Origin: Nitrospinaceae bacterium
Lineage (GTDB): Bacteria > Nitrospinota > Nitrospinia > Nitrospinales > Nitrospinaceae
Direction of reading: 5' to 3'
Assembly: GCA_965223665.1 (NCBI GenBank)
Contig: OZ245011.1
Span: 3,808,001 to 3,872,000, forward strand
Length of the DNA: 64,000 bases
Made by a program: the position numbers and the translations under genes. Below are positions 49,463 to 59,005 of the stretch, one piece after another. Each line of letters begins with the position of its first letter. Position 1 is the stretch's first letter. The notes under the pieces are model-generated. The model ran no database searches, had not been told where the DNA came from, and was given only the letters and a program-made list of their open reading frames with translations.

Positions 49463-49612
49463 ATGGGAAATTTAGGGTACTTGTTTGCGGCGAATTTATT
49501 CGTTTGGGGAGGAATATTTTTATATTTATTTAATTTGATGCGAAAAAACAAAGCTCTAAAAAAAGATCTTGATATTGTTATGGAAACTCTAAACAAGGAA
49601 GATAAACAGTGA
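49463..49612 (+). CDS. ccmD: CcmD family protein (49 aa, not in the ORF track)
   Basis: MGNLGYLFAANLFVWGGIFLYLFNLMRKNKALKKDLDIVMETLNKEDKQ*: YL..A...W...Y TM plus a charged tail. RBS present, GTGA overlap with ccmC. Confidence 0.85.
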   Translation: MGNLGYLFAANLFVWGGIFLYLFNLMRKNKALKKDLDIVMETLNKEDKQ

Positions 49613-50319
49613 GCGAGGAGTCACGAGAACCGCAAGGATCAGGAATAATTTTATATGGGCTCACCCTGGTGACAATAATTGTTTCCATGGTAGCAATTTT
49701 CCTTTATGTTCCCACCGAAAAAACTGAAGGTCTTGTTCAGAGAATTATGTATTTTCATATTCCCTCGGCTTGGATAGCTTTTTTTGCTTTTTTCATAGTT
49801 TTTATATGTAGCATTTTATTTCTTTGGAAAAAGGAACGGGAATGGGATATTTATGCACATGCTTCCGCCGAAGTCGGAGTATTGTTTTGTACATTGGTTT
49901 TGATTACCGGGCCAATTTGGGCTAAACCGATTTGGGGAACCTGGTGGGTTTGGGATGCTCGGCTTACATCAACCCTGGTGCTTTGGCTGATATATGTAGC
50001 CTATTTAATGCTTAGGGTCCAAAGTGAAGCTGGTTCCACGCGTGCAAAGTATGCAGCGGTTGTTGGAATTGTTGGTTTTTTAGATATCCCGTTAATACAT
50101 TTTTCAGTTCTTTGGTGGCGTACTTTTCATCCACAACCCAAAATAATAACAACAGAAGGCCTTGGTGCTGGAATGGATAATTCAATGATAGCCACTTTGA
50201 TGATTTCTTTAGCGGCGTTTACTTTAATGTATTTTGTTTTAATGGGACAACGAATACGATTGGAAAAAATGAAGGATGAAATCGATCGAATTAAAAGAGA
50301 AAAGTTATACTCTCACTAA
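49609..50319 (+). CDS. ccmC: Heme exporter protein CcmC
   Basis: RIMYFHIP.AW, TG.IWAKP.WGTWWVWDARLT, SV.WWRT.HP. Confidence 0.96.
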   Translation: MSEESREPQGSGIILYGLTLVTIIVSMVAIFLYVPTEKTEGLVQRIMYFHIPSAWIAFFAFFIVFICSILFLWKKEREWDIYAHASAEVGVLFCTLVLITGPIWAKPIWGTWWVWDARLTSTLVLWLIYVAYLMLRVQSEAGSTRAKYAAVVGIVGFLDIPLIHFSVLWWRTFHPQPKIITTEGLGAGMDNSMIATLMISLAAFTLMYFVLMGQRIRLEKMKDEIDRIKREKLYSH

Positions 50320-50878
50320 AAAATATATTTCAATTTACCTTGTATTGTTTGTTGGAGCCCTAATGGTATTTGTGAGTCATTTTTATGAAACACCCTTCAC
50401 AGTCGATGAGGTTCAAATTGACGAGCCCTCTTTGCAACAAAAATCTGAGGTGGGTTATATGGCTCCTGATTTCACCGTTAGAAACCTTAAGGGTAACAGG
50501 GTCAGTTTAAATGATTTTGAGGGAAAAGTGGTGGTTTTGAATTTGTGGGCCACATGGTGCGGGCCTTGTCGGGTGGAAATGCCAGGTTTTGAAAATTTGT
50601 ATCGTCGATTTCGATCAGAAGGGTTAACTATATTGGCAGTAAGTTTGGATAAGGGAGACTCCCAAAAAGTAAAAGATTTTGTAGAAAAATATAAACTGTC
50701 CTTCCCTGTCCTAATGGATGATGAAGGAAAAGTTGAAAAAAGTTATCAAACTTATACCATTCCAACGACTTTTGTGATTGATAAGAAAGGTCGTGTGGTT
50801 GCTAAGATTGATGGAGCGAAGAATTGGGAATCTGAACAGACCTTTGAGGCTTTAAGATTTTTGTTAGAAGCGGCCTAG
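50276..50878 (+). CDS. TlpA/ResA-type thiol:disulfide oxidoreductase (CcmG role)
   Basis: N-terminal TM, APDF, NLWATWCGPCR.EMP, IPTT..ID..G. Confidence 0.92.
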   Translation: MKSIELKEKSYTLTKKYISIYLVLFVGALMVFVSHFYETPFTVDEVQIDEPSLQQKSEVGYMAPDFTVRNLKGNRVSLNDFEGKVVVLNLWATWCGPCRVEMPGFENLYRRFRSEGLTILAVSLDKGDSQKVKDFVEKYKLSFPVLMDDEGKVEKSYQTYTIPTTFVIDKKGRVVAKIDGAKNWESEQTFEALRFLLEAA

Positions 50879-50917
50879 TAAGAATGGTTAGATTCATTAT
50901 TTTTGGTAAAGAGTAAA

Positions 50918-51325
50918 ATGGACTCAGAGAAGTTAATTCTAGCAGTGAATGATAGTTTTTATGAGGCTTTTAATAAGCAGAGTATGGAATTAATGACTAG
51001 CGTTTGGTCAAAGGAAAATATTGCTACTTGTATTCACCCTGGCTGGCCAGTACTTCGTGGGATAAAGGATATTTTAAAAAGTTGGGGTGATATTTTTGAA
51101 AATACTGATCATATGGAAATTCGTTTGTCTGATGTTTCTATTTGTCAATCGACGGGAATTGCTTGGGTAAATTGTCAGGAAAATTTGTTCTCCATCAACA
51201 TGTCTGGAGTTCAAACCTCCAAGGTATTTGCAACAAACGGCTTTAAACTGGTTGGGGGTGAATGGAAAATGGCACTTCATCACGCGGCTGCAATTCCGGC
51301 TGATCCTTTGGCCAACCAAGGCTAA
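50918..51325 (+). CDS. SnoaL/NTF2-like protein
   Basis: N..FY.AF, M..VW, CIHPGW..LRG...I..SW, ATN.F....G.W....HHA. Confidence 0.88.
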   Translation: MDSEKLILAVNDSFYEAFNKQSMELMTSVWSKENIATCIHPGWPVLRGIKDILKSWGDIFENTDHMEIRLSDVSICQSTGIAWVNCQENLFSINMSGVQTSKVFATNGFKLVGGEWKMALHHAAAIPADPLANQG

Positions 51326-51366
51326 TTAACACTTTCCTAATTTTAATCATTTGAAACAAATAAAAA

Positions 51367-52128
51367 ATGAAAATATATAGTTGGAATGTAAATGGCATTC
51401 GTGCGGTAATGAGAAAAGGATTTATGGATTGGTTTCAAAATTTGTCTGCTGATGTTGTTTGCCTTCAGGAAATTAAGGCAAATATTGACCAGGTCGACCC
51501 AGTTTTAGTTGAACCTGAGGGTTATTTTTCCGTATGGAACTCTGCCCAGCGAAAGGGTTACAGCGGTGTGGCTGTGTTTAGTAAAAAAAAACCAAAGTCA
51601 ATACATTTAGGGATGGGGATTGAACGATTTGACGATGAAGGGCGTTATATTCGTTTGGAATATCCTAAATTTGATTTACTCAATATTTATTTCCCTAATG
51701 GAACTAGTGGCCAGGATCGGCTGAAATATAAAATGGATTTTTATGATGCATTTTTAAACCATTGTGAGGAGTTGCGTTCACAAGGGAAAAAGCTGGTTAT
51801 ATGTGGAGATGTGAATACAGCACATAAGGCCATTGACCTTAAAAACCCAAAGCAAAATGAAAAGAACTCTGGTTTTCTTCCTATTGAACGATCGTGGATG
51901 GATAAATTTGTTTCGCATGGATATATAGATACTTTTAGAGAAATAAATCAAGAACCAGATAATTATACATGGTGGACATATCGTGCAAATGCAAGGGAAA
52001 GAAATATTGGATGGCGTATAGATTATTTTTTTGTGTCGTCTGATTTAAAAAAGAAAGTTAAAGATGCTTTTATTTTACCGGAGATAATGGGCTCAGACCA
52101 TTGTCCCATAGGCCTTGAAATTTTCTAA
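51367..52128 (+). CDS. xth: Exodeoxyribonuclease III
   Basis: SWNVNGIR, LQEIK, GYSGVA, YFPNG, GDVNTAH, WRIDY, SDHCP. Confidence 0.97.
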   Translation: MKIYSWNVNGIRAVMRKGFMDWFQNLSADVVCLQEIKANIDQVDPVLVEPEGYFSVWNSAQRKGYSGVAVFSKKKPKSIHLGMGIERFDDEGRYIRLEYPKFDLLNIYFPNGTSGQDRLKYKMDFYDAFLNHCEELRSQGKKLVICGDVNTAHKAIDLKNPKQNEKNSGFLPIERSWMDKFVSHGYIDTFREINQEPDNYTWWTYRANARERNIGWRIDYFFVSSDLKKKVKDAFILPEIMGSDHCPIGLEIF

Positions 52129-52144
52129 TTCAAAAAACTTAAAT

Positions 52145-52170
52145 AAAACTAAACAGGTTTAGTTTTTTTT
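52145..52170 (+). terminator. Weak AT-rich terminator-like hairpin after xth
   Basis: AAAACTAAA-cagg-TTTAGTTTT followed by a T run. Confidence 0.4.
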
Positions 52171-52188
52171 ATAAGGAGTTACTCATAT

Positions 52189-55116
52189 ATGAACCTTGAA
52201 GTGAATCAATCTCGACATGGGTTTAAACTTATTCGTAAAGAAACTGTAGAAGAAATTCAATCAGAAGCTCTTATTTTTAAACATGAGAAAAATGGAGCGG
52301 AGCTGATAATTTTAGAAAATGATGATGATAACAAGGTTTTCAGTGTCACTTTTCGAACCCCACCTAGCAATGATTTTGGAGTGCCTCATATTTTAGAACA
52401 TAGTGTGTTGTGCGGATCAAAAAAATACCCTGTTAAGGAACCCTTTGTTGAACTAATGAAAGGAAGTTTGCAAACATTTTTGAATGCAATGACCTTCCCG
52501 GATAAAACGATGTATCCCATCGCCAGTCGCAACCAGAAAGATTTTTTTAATTTAATGAGTGTGTATTTAGATGCGGTTTTTTATCCCAATATAACTAAAG
52601 AGACATTTATGCAAGAAGGTTGGCATTATGAGTTGGAAGATGTGGGCTCGGAGATGGTTTATAAAGGGGTTGTTTTTAACGAAATGAAAGGCGTTTTCTC
52701 CAGCCCGGAAGGAGTTTTAGACCGCCATCTTGCGCATTCATTGTTTCCAAATACTACTTATGGGTGTGAATCGGGTGGTGATCCAAAATCGATACCTAAT
52801 TTGACATTTGAGGAGTTCAAAGAATTTCATAAACAATATTATCATCCATCAAACAGTAGAATTTTTTTATATGGGGATGGAAACACGGAAGACTATTTAA
52901 AATTTTTAAATGATGAATATTTGAAAGATTTTGATAGCCAAGAAGTTAATTCTACAATCCAATTGCAAAAAAAATTCACAGATACTGAGCGTCAGGAAAT
53001 TTTTTATCCTGTATCTAAAGAAGAAACTTTAGAGAAAAAAACTTTTATTGTTCTGGGTTTGAAACTTGGGTCATCCACTGATAGTGAGCATTGTTTATCC
53101 ATGGAAATTTTAAGCCACATATTAATAGGAACCTCTGCTTCGCCATTGCGGAAAGCTTTGTTGGAGTCTGAATTGGGTTCAGAAGTCATTGGTGGAGGAT
53201 TCGATGATAATCGTTTAGAAACTATCTTTGCGGTGGGTTTAAAGGGAACAGAAAAGGAGCATGAAACAAAAATAATCGATTTAATTTTATCAACCTTACA
53301 GGGGTTAGTAGAAAACGGGATAGATAAAAACCAAATTAAATCTTCTGTAAATACCATTGATTTTAAATTACGGGAAGCCAATTTTGGCGGTTTTCCTAAA
53401 GGAATCGTTTATAACATTCATGCTCTGGGATCCTGGTTATATGAGGGTGATCCGTTGAGTCATCTTCGATACGAAGAATTAATGGCGAATATAAAAGTGC
53501 AAGCTGAGGAAAATTATTTTGAAGATTTAATCAGTAAGTTTATTTTAAATAATACTCATCGCAGTATTATTGTGCTTTCTCCCAAACCCGGTTTGGCAGA
53601 AGAAGAAGAGAGTGAAGCTAAAAATATCTTAAAAGGAATAAAAGACTCTTTAAGTAACCAGGAACTGGAAAATGTGGTTGAGGAAACCAAACGATTGCAA
53701 GCGCTGCAAATGGCGGTCGACCCCCCTGAAAAATTGGCAACTTTACCCAGGTTAGAATTGAACGATGTTAATAAGCAGGCTCCTTTATATCCTGGAGAAA
53801 TAAAGAAGGAAAACTCGCCAAAAATATTATTGCATGATTTGTTTACCAATAAAATTGCCTATACACAAATGTGTTTTAACGCTAGGCAGGTCCCTAAAGA
53901 TAAAATTCAATATTTACCTTTGCTGGGAAGATTGATTACAGGGATGGGAACGAATAAAAGGGATTATGTTGGCATGTCTCAACATATTGGTATTCATACG
54001 GGAGGAATAAGTTCTTCCCACTTTTCATCTGTGACTATGAAAGACCGGGATGAAATACTTTCCTTTGTTAATTTTAATGGCACGGCTCTAATGGAAAAAG
54101 CAGATGAATTGTTTGATATTTACTCTGAATTATTTTTAGAGAGAAACTTTGGGAATTATAAAAGGCTTCAAGAAATTATACGTAGTGCAAAAGCAAATAT
54201 GGAGGCCTCTATTGTTCCCAGTGGAAATCAATATGTTTTAACTCGCCTGCAGGCCTATCATTCGCAGATTGGTAGATATAATGAAATAACGGAAGGAATT
54301 ACTTTTTATTTATTTCTGGAGAACCTGCTTGAACGAGTTGAGAAAGATCCGGAAGAAGTGGCAAATTGTTTTAAGGAGGTTGCGGAATTAGTTTTCCGAG
54401 GTGAAAATCTTTTAGCCAATATTACTTGCGAAGGGAAAGATTACTCTCAGTTAGAGGAGAAAACTTTAAATCTTTCTAAAAATTTCCCAAATGGAAATTC
54501 AACCTCCCTTCCGTTTAAGTTTGATCCAATTCAAACGAATGAGGCTTTTATAACAGCAAGTACCGTCCAATATGTAGGTAAGGGTGCTAATCTTTTCGAT
54601 TTGGGTTACAAGTACTCTGGAAAATTTGAAGTATTAAAATCTGTTTTACGTACCGGTTACCTTTGGGAAAAGGTTCGTGTTCAAGGTGGTGCTTATGGCA
54701 GCATGATTGGTTTCGATTATTTTACCGGAGACTTGGGATTGGTATCGTATAGAGATCCAAATCTGATGGAGACTCTTAATATTTATGATGAGATTGCAGA
54801 TTTTTTGGAACAGTTAGAATTGGACCGGGATGAGTTAGAAAAAATCATTATTGGATGTGTCGGCCATCTGGATCCACCATTAACTGAAGATAGAAAAGGG
54901 TCCATTGCAAAAGTAGAATTTCTTACAGGCATTAATCAAGAGTTTAAACAAAAGAGATTGGAAGATTTATTGCAAACCCAATTAGAGGATATCAAAGGAT
55001 TTGCCCCATTATTTCGAGAAGTAAAAAAATCAGGAAAAGTTTGTGTGTTGGGCAATGAGGATAAAATAAAAAAGTCATCCGAACAGTTTGATGAGTTGGT
55101 GCAAATTTTTAAGTAG
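52189..55116 (+). CDS. M16C (presequence protease-like) insulinase family metallopeptidase
   Basis: G.PHILEHSVLCGS.KYP, FLNAMT.PD.T.YP, GVVFNEMKG, VR..GGAYG, SYRDPN. Confidence 0.95.
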   Translation: MNLEVNQSRHGFKLIRKETVEEIQSEALIFKHEKNGAELIILENDDDNKVFSVTFRTPPSNDFGVPHILEHSVLCGSKKYPVKEPFVELMKGSLQTFLNAMTFPDKTMYPIASRNQKDFFNLMSVYLDAVFYPNITKETFMQEGWHYELEDVGSEMVYKGVVFNEMKGVFSSPEGVLDRHLAHSLFPNTTYGCESGGDPKSIPNLTFEEFKEFHKQYYHPSNSRIFLYGDGNTEDYLKFLNDEYLKDFDSQEVNSTIQLQKKFTDTERQEIFYPVSKEETLEKKTFIVLGLKLGSSTDSEHCLSMEILSHILIGTSASPLRKALLESELGSEVIGGGFDDNRLETIFAVGLKGTEKEHETKIIDLILSTLQGLVENGIDKNQIKSSVNTIDFKLREANFGGFPKGIVYNIHALGSWLYEGDPLSHLRYEELMANIKVQAEENYFEDLISKFILNNTHRSIIVLSPKPGLAEEEESEAKNILKGIKDSLSNQELENVVEETKRLQALQMAVDPPEKLATLPRLELNDVNKQAPLYPGEIKKENSPKILLHDLFTNKIAYTQMCFNARQVPKDKIQYLPLLGRLITGMGTNKRDYVGMSQHIGIHTGGISSSHFSSVTMKDRDEILSFVNFNGTALMEKADELFDIYSELFLERNFGNYKRLQEIIRSAKANMEASIVPSGNQYVLTRLQAYHSQIGRYNEITEGITFYLFLENLLERVEKDPEEVANCFKEVAELVFRGENLLANITCEGKDYSQLEEKTLNLSKNFPNGNSTSLPFKFDPIQTNEAFITASTVQYVGKGANLFDLGYKYSGKFEVLKSVLRTGYLWEKVRVQGGAYGSMIGFDYFTGDLGLVSYRDPNLMETLNIYDEIADFLEQLELDRDELEKIIIGCVGHLDPPLTEDRKGSIAKVEFLTGINQEFKQKRLEDLLQTQLEDIKGFAPLFREVKKSGKVCVLGNEDKIKKSSEQFDELVQIFK

Positions 55117-55221
55117 TCTATCTCCGCGCAAATCAATAAGTCTCAAATTTCAACTAGCCTTGCTTTTGGTAGCATGTTAACCTTTTATTATTCAATTTGT
55201 TAACAACTACCCTTTTTTTTT

Positions 55222-55920
55222 GTGATGAATGATAAGTTTGGGCTAAGGAAAAATTTTGTCCTTTTCTTGGGACTTGCCGTTTTAGATTTACTGATTTTAT
55301 TTATTATTTGGGAATTCTTTTTGAGGGAACCTGTATTATCTTCTTTAGTTGGAGAAAATGGTGCCTCTTCTTCTGCGAAAATAGTAAGTAGTCTTGCCGT
55401 ATTTGGCATTTCGATTTTAGCCTTGATTGGACCTGGCTATTTATTGGTTCAAAGTATATTGGAAGATTTTGACATTGCCCAAAAAGAAATAGAATCAACT
55501 TCTCGTCGTTATAAAGCCATAGTTGAGGCAACAAACGATTTAATTTTTCAAGTGGATTCCGAGGGAATAATCCTTTATGCAAATCCAGCTATTCGTTTAT
55601 TAGGTTATGAAAAATCAGATCTAATCGGAAAGAATATTTATGATGTTTTGTATATGGATGATAAACGCGAGGTAATTCCCAAGATTACTACCAAGCGTGT
55701 AGGGCATCGCGCTACTTTTAATTGTCCTGTTCAATTAATGACCAGCGAAAACTCTGTAATTTCCAATGAAATTCCAGCTATGGAATTTGTTATGGATGCA
55801 TGTGGAATTTGGGAAGAACCCGATGATATAGTGCAAACACAAGGAACTGAAAAGAAGTTTTTAGGTACCTTATGTATTGCCCGCCCGGTTGTAGATCGAG
55901 CTCTGATAGAGAATTTATAA
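55222..55920 (+). CDS. Membrane protein with a C-terminal PAS domain and no output domain
   Basis: Two TMs, coiled coil, RYKAIVE...D.IF..D..G.I.YANPA..LLGY...DLIG, ending GTLCIAR. Confidence 0.8.
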   Translation: MMNDKFGLRKNFVLFLGLAVLDLLILFIIWEFFLREPVLSSLVGENGASSSAKIVSSLAVFGISILALIGPGYLLVQSILEDFDIAQKEIESTSRRYKAIVEATNDLIFQVDSEGIILYANPAIRLLGYEKSDLIGKNIYDVLYMDDKREVIPKITTKRVGHRATFNCPVQLMTSENSVISNEIPAMEFVMDACGIWEEPDDIVQTQGTEKKFLGTLCIARPVVDRALIENL

Positions 55921-55944
55921 ATAAGTCAATTTTTTATGAATATT

Positions 55945-56520
55945 TTATAGCAATGATTTTGCAACTCCAAACGCCTTTTTCATATCTGGTAATTGACCCA
56001 AATCAGACACGATTTCCAAATGTCTGATCATACCTTCTTTATCTAAAACCATTAATGCTCTAGTTAGCAATTTGCTTTCTTGAATCATTAGTCCGCTACT
56101 GTTTCCAAAAGCACCCTCCCGATAGTCTGAAAGAAACATTACATTTTCAATTTTGGCATTTTCAGCAAAGCGACTTTGAGCAAAGGGCAGGTCTCGACTA
56201 ATGGTTACCAGGCGAACGGTAGGGTCTAATCCTCCATTTTCTTCACTTAATATATGGGTTTGTTTTTCACATACCTTAGTATCTATAGATGGAACAACGC
56301 TAATAATAGTTACATTACCTTTTAAAGATTTAAAGGGAATTAATTTCATAGAAGAATCCGGTAAACTGATATTCGGAAGGGAATCACCTTTTTTTATTAA
56401 ACTCCCGGTTAGTGTTAGTGGTTTTCCGTGAAGCGTGACACTTACCTTGTTACCAGAAGCATTTTGAATAAGAAAAATTAAAATAGCGAAAATAATGGTT
56501 GAACCAGCTATTTTTTTCAT
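55945..56520 (-). CDS. tpx: Thiol peroxidase (Tpx family) with a signal peptide
   Basis: VT..G.P..L.G, VPSIDT.VC, IS.DLPFAQ.RF, LSDYR...FG, RA..V.D. Confidence 0.88.
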   Translation of the reverse strand: MKKIAGSTIIFAILIFLIQNASGNKVSVTLHGKPLTLTGSLIKKGDSLPNISLPDSSMKLIPFKSLKGNVTIISVVPSIDTKVCEKQTHILSEENGGLDPTVRLVTISRDLPFAQSRFAENAKIENVMFLSDYREGAFGNSSGLMIQESKLLTRALMVLDKEGMIRHLEIVSDLGQLPDMKKAFGVAKSLL

Positions 56521-56596
56521 TTTAATCCTCGATCAATTTGTAGTGAAAAGCTCTAAATTTATTGTTAATTTCATTTTATGATAAAGAAACCAAAAA

Positions 56597-59005
56597 TCAA
56601 AATTCAACTATGGTAACACCATCACCGCCTTCGTGGCGTTCTCCCGGTCGAAAGTTTTTACCAATTCCTGTGCTTCCTAAATAATCTCGAACCATAGATT
56701 TAATTTTTCCCATTCCATGGCCATGCACTATAGTGATTTTTTTCAATTTGTTGACCACTGCTTGACTTAAAAATGCTTCTAGAATTCCCTGGGCTTCATC
56801 GACCCGCATTCCACGAAGATCACATGTTTGGTTGGGAGGGGTTTGAGTTTCTGTGTGAATATTTATTTCGTTTAAAGAGCTTTTGACTTGGTTTTCCGAT
56901 GATTTTTGTGAGTTACCAAATAACTGGTTAGCATCGATTAGAGTAGTTAATTTTCCTAGCAAAATACGGACTTTGGTTTTTCCATTGGGGTTCTCTAAAA
57001 GTTTACCGATAGCGTCATAAGATTTTACTAATACTTCATCGCCTTTTTTCAAACGGTCTACGGGTATATCCCAGCCTGTTGGTAAATTGGGTAGAACCTG
57101 TATAGATTGTTGTCCAATTTGATGAATTTGTTTTTCTGCTTTTTTTAATTGTTGAGTCCCTGGGTTTTCTTTGAGGGTTTGTAATAGATTTTTGATTTCT
57201 CGTTTAGCTTCGCGTACAAATGCTTGTACCTTTTTAGATTTTGTTTTTGCTAAGTCAGTCTCTTTTTCTCTTAAACTATCTGTGATTGTTTTTTGTTCCT
57301 CATAGAGTTTTTGAGTTTTTTTAACTTTTTCCTGTAAAGAATTTTCCCTTTCTTTTAAAGCGAGCATTTGAAGATTGAGTTTATTTAAAAGTTCTTCAGC
57401 ACGATGGTCAGTTTTATTATAGATAGATTGTGCTGTTGAAATTATTTTGGGATTCAATCCCAGCCTTTCGGCTGTTTCAATCGCCGCACTTTGTCCGGGC
57501 ACTCCAAATATTAGACGGTAAGTAGGTTTATGGGTAGTTGAATTAAATTCTGTGCAGGCATTCATAAATCCGGACTGAGTTTGGGCTAGAGTTTTTAAAG
57601 TTAAATAATGGGTAGAAACAAGAGTCACTAATCCTCGTTGTTTCATTTCCATTAAAATTGCTTCTGCTAATGCCGCTCCTTCTTGAGGATTGGTAGCAAC
57701 TCCTATTTCATCTAGTAAGATTAAAGCTCCATCCGGAGCATTATTAAGAAAATAATTTATTTTATTTAGATGCGCGGAGAAGGTAGAAAGCTGCAGTTGA
57801 ACACTTTGATTATCTCCAATATCCGCGAAAACTTCGGGGAAAAAGCTCATCTCTGAATTTTCTCCAACAGGTAGGAATAAACCAGCTCGCACCATAATAG
57901 ACATTAGTCCCACAGTTTTTAGGGTGACTGTTTTGCCCCCGGTATTAGGGCCTGATATAATTATTACTTTAATAGATTCGTCCCAGTGAATGTTATTGGG
58001 TACAACAGGTTGTCTGTCCAAAACTAATTCAGGATTTCGTGCCTGGATTAAATTCATGTTTCCCGACTCATGTAATCTTACATTGCGTCCTGCCATTAAC
58101 TCTGCCAAACGAGACTTTGCATTTAAAAGATCTAGTAATATAAGTTGCTCTTCATTTTGTGTTAGCGCGGATTGATTTGTTAAAATATCCTTTGCCAATT
58201 GGCTAAGTATTCTATTTTTCTCTTGTTCAACTTTCAGGCGAGAAATTTTTAATTGATTGTTTAAGGGCAGTAAGTTTGTGGGTTCCATGAAAAGAGTTTG
58301 TCCGCTGCCTGAACTGTCATGAACTATGCCTTCAAATCTAGACCGTGCTTCTGCCCTGACCGGAAATACAACTCGACCTTCTCTTTCCGTGTAATACATA
58401 TCTTGAAGAACATCAGAAGAGTGTTTGGAAAGTATTTTTTTAATTGCGTTTTCTAAACTTTGTTTGACTTTGAAATATTCGCGAATCGCTTCTTTCAATT
58501 CAGGAGAAGCATCTTCTTTTATTTCACCCTCTGGATCGATGCAACGTTCTAGCTCTTTTTTTAAAGAGGTTAGGGGATCAAGTTTTTCGCCATAACGTTT
58601 GAGTAATGATACTTCGGGATTTTTCTTTAAATAGCGATGTGTTTCTGAAACGATTTTTAAAAATTTTAAAACCGAAAGTCCATCATTGATTTCTATAAAG
58701 AAATGCTCTTTTGCAATTTGTAAAATTGGAGCTAATGGAGAAAACTTTTTTATGGGAAATGTTTCAGTAGACTGGTTCAGGTGAACCATTTCATTTGTTT
58801 CTTTTAACCAAAGTTGGGCGGTTTCAAAATCTTTGGTTGGCTTTAATGTTAAACAATGTTGGCGAGTTTCTTCAGCTTGTGCTAGAGAAGAAAGAGTTTT
58901 TCTAACACGATCCCAACCCACAAGGGTATATGAGATATGAGAATCTAGGGTGAGGTTGGCTGGGTTTTTAGGAGGGGTTTCCATGACGAAATGCAAATTG
59001 GACAT
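56597..59005 (-). CDS. mutS2: Endonuclease MutS2 (start may be 58984)
   Basis: GIVHD.S.SGQT...EP, SGPNTGGKT, STFS.H, LLDE, C-terminal Smr domain (DLRG...HGHG.G...GGDGVT). Confidence 0.96.
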   Translation of the reverse strand: MSNLHFVMETPPKNPANLTLDSHISYTLVGWDRVRKTLSSLAQAEETRQHCLTLKPTKDFETAQLWLKETNEMVHLNQSTETFPIKKFSPLAPILQIAKEHFFIEINDGLSVLKFLKIVSETHRYLKKNPEVSLLKRYGEKLDPLTSLKKELERCIDPEGEIKEDASPELKEAIREYFKVKQSLENAIKKILSKHSSDVLQDMYYTEREGRVVFPVRAEARSRFEGIVHDSSGSGQTLFMEPTNLLPLNNQLKISRLKVEQEKNRILSQLAKDILTNQSALTQNEEQLILLDLLNAKSRLAELMAGRNVRLHESGNMNLIQARNPELVLDRQPVVPNNIHWDESIKVIIISGPNTGGKTVTLKTVGLMSIMVRAGLFLPVGENSEMSFFPEVFADIGDNQSVQLQLSTFSAHLNKINYFLNNAPDGALILLDEIGVATNPQEGAALAEAILMEMKQRGLVTLVSTHYLTLKTLAQTQSGFMNACTEFNSTTHKPTYRLIFGVPGQSAAIETAERLGLNPKIISTAQSIYNKTDHRAEELLNKLNLQMLALKERENSLQEKVKKTQKLYEEQKTITDSLREKETDLAKTKSKKVQAFVREAKREIKNLLQTLKENPGTQQLKKAEKQIHQIGQQSIQVLPNLPTGWDIPVDRLKKGDEVLVKSYDAIGKLLENPNGKTKVRILLGKLTTLIDANQLFGNSQKSSENQVKSSLNEINIHTETQTPPNQTCDLRGMRVDEAQGILEAFLSQAVVNKLKKITIVHGHGMGKIKSMVRDYLGSTGIGKNFRPGERHEGGDGVTIVEF

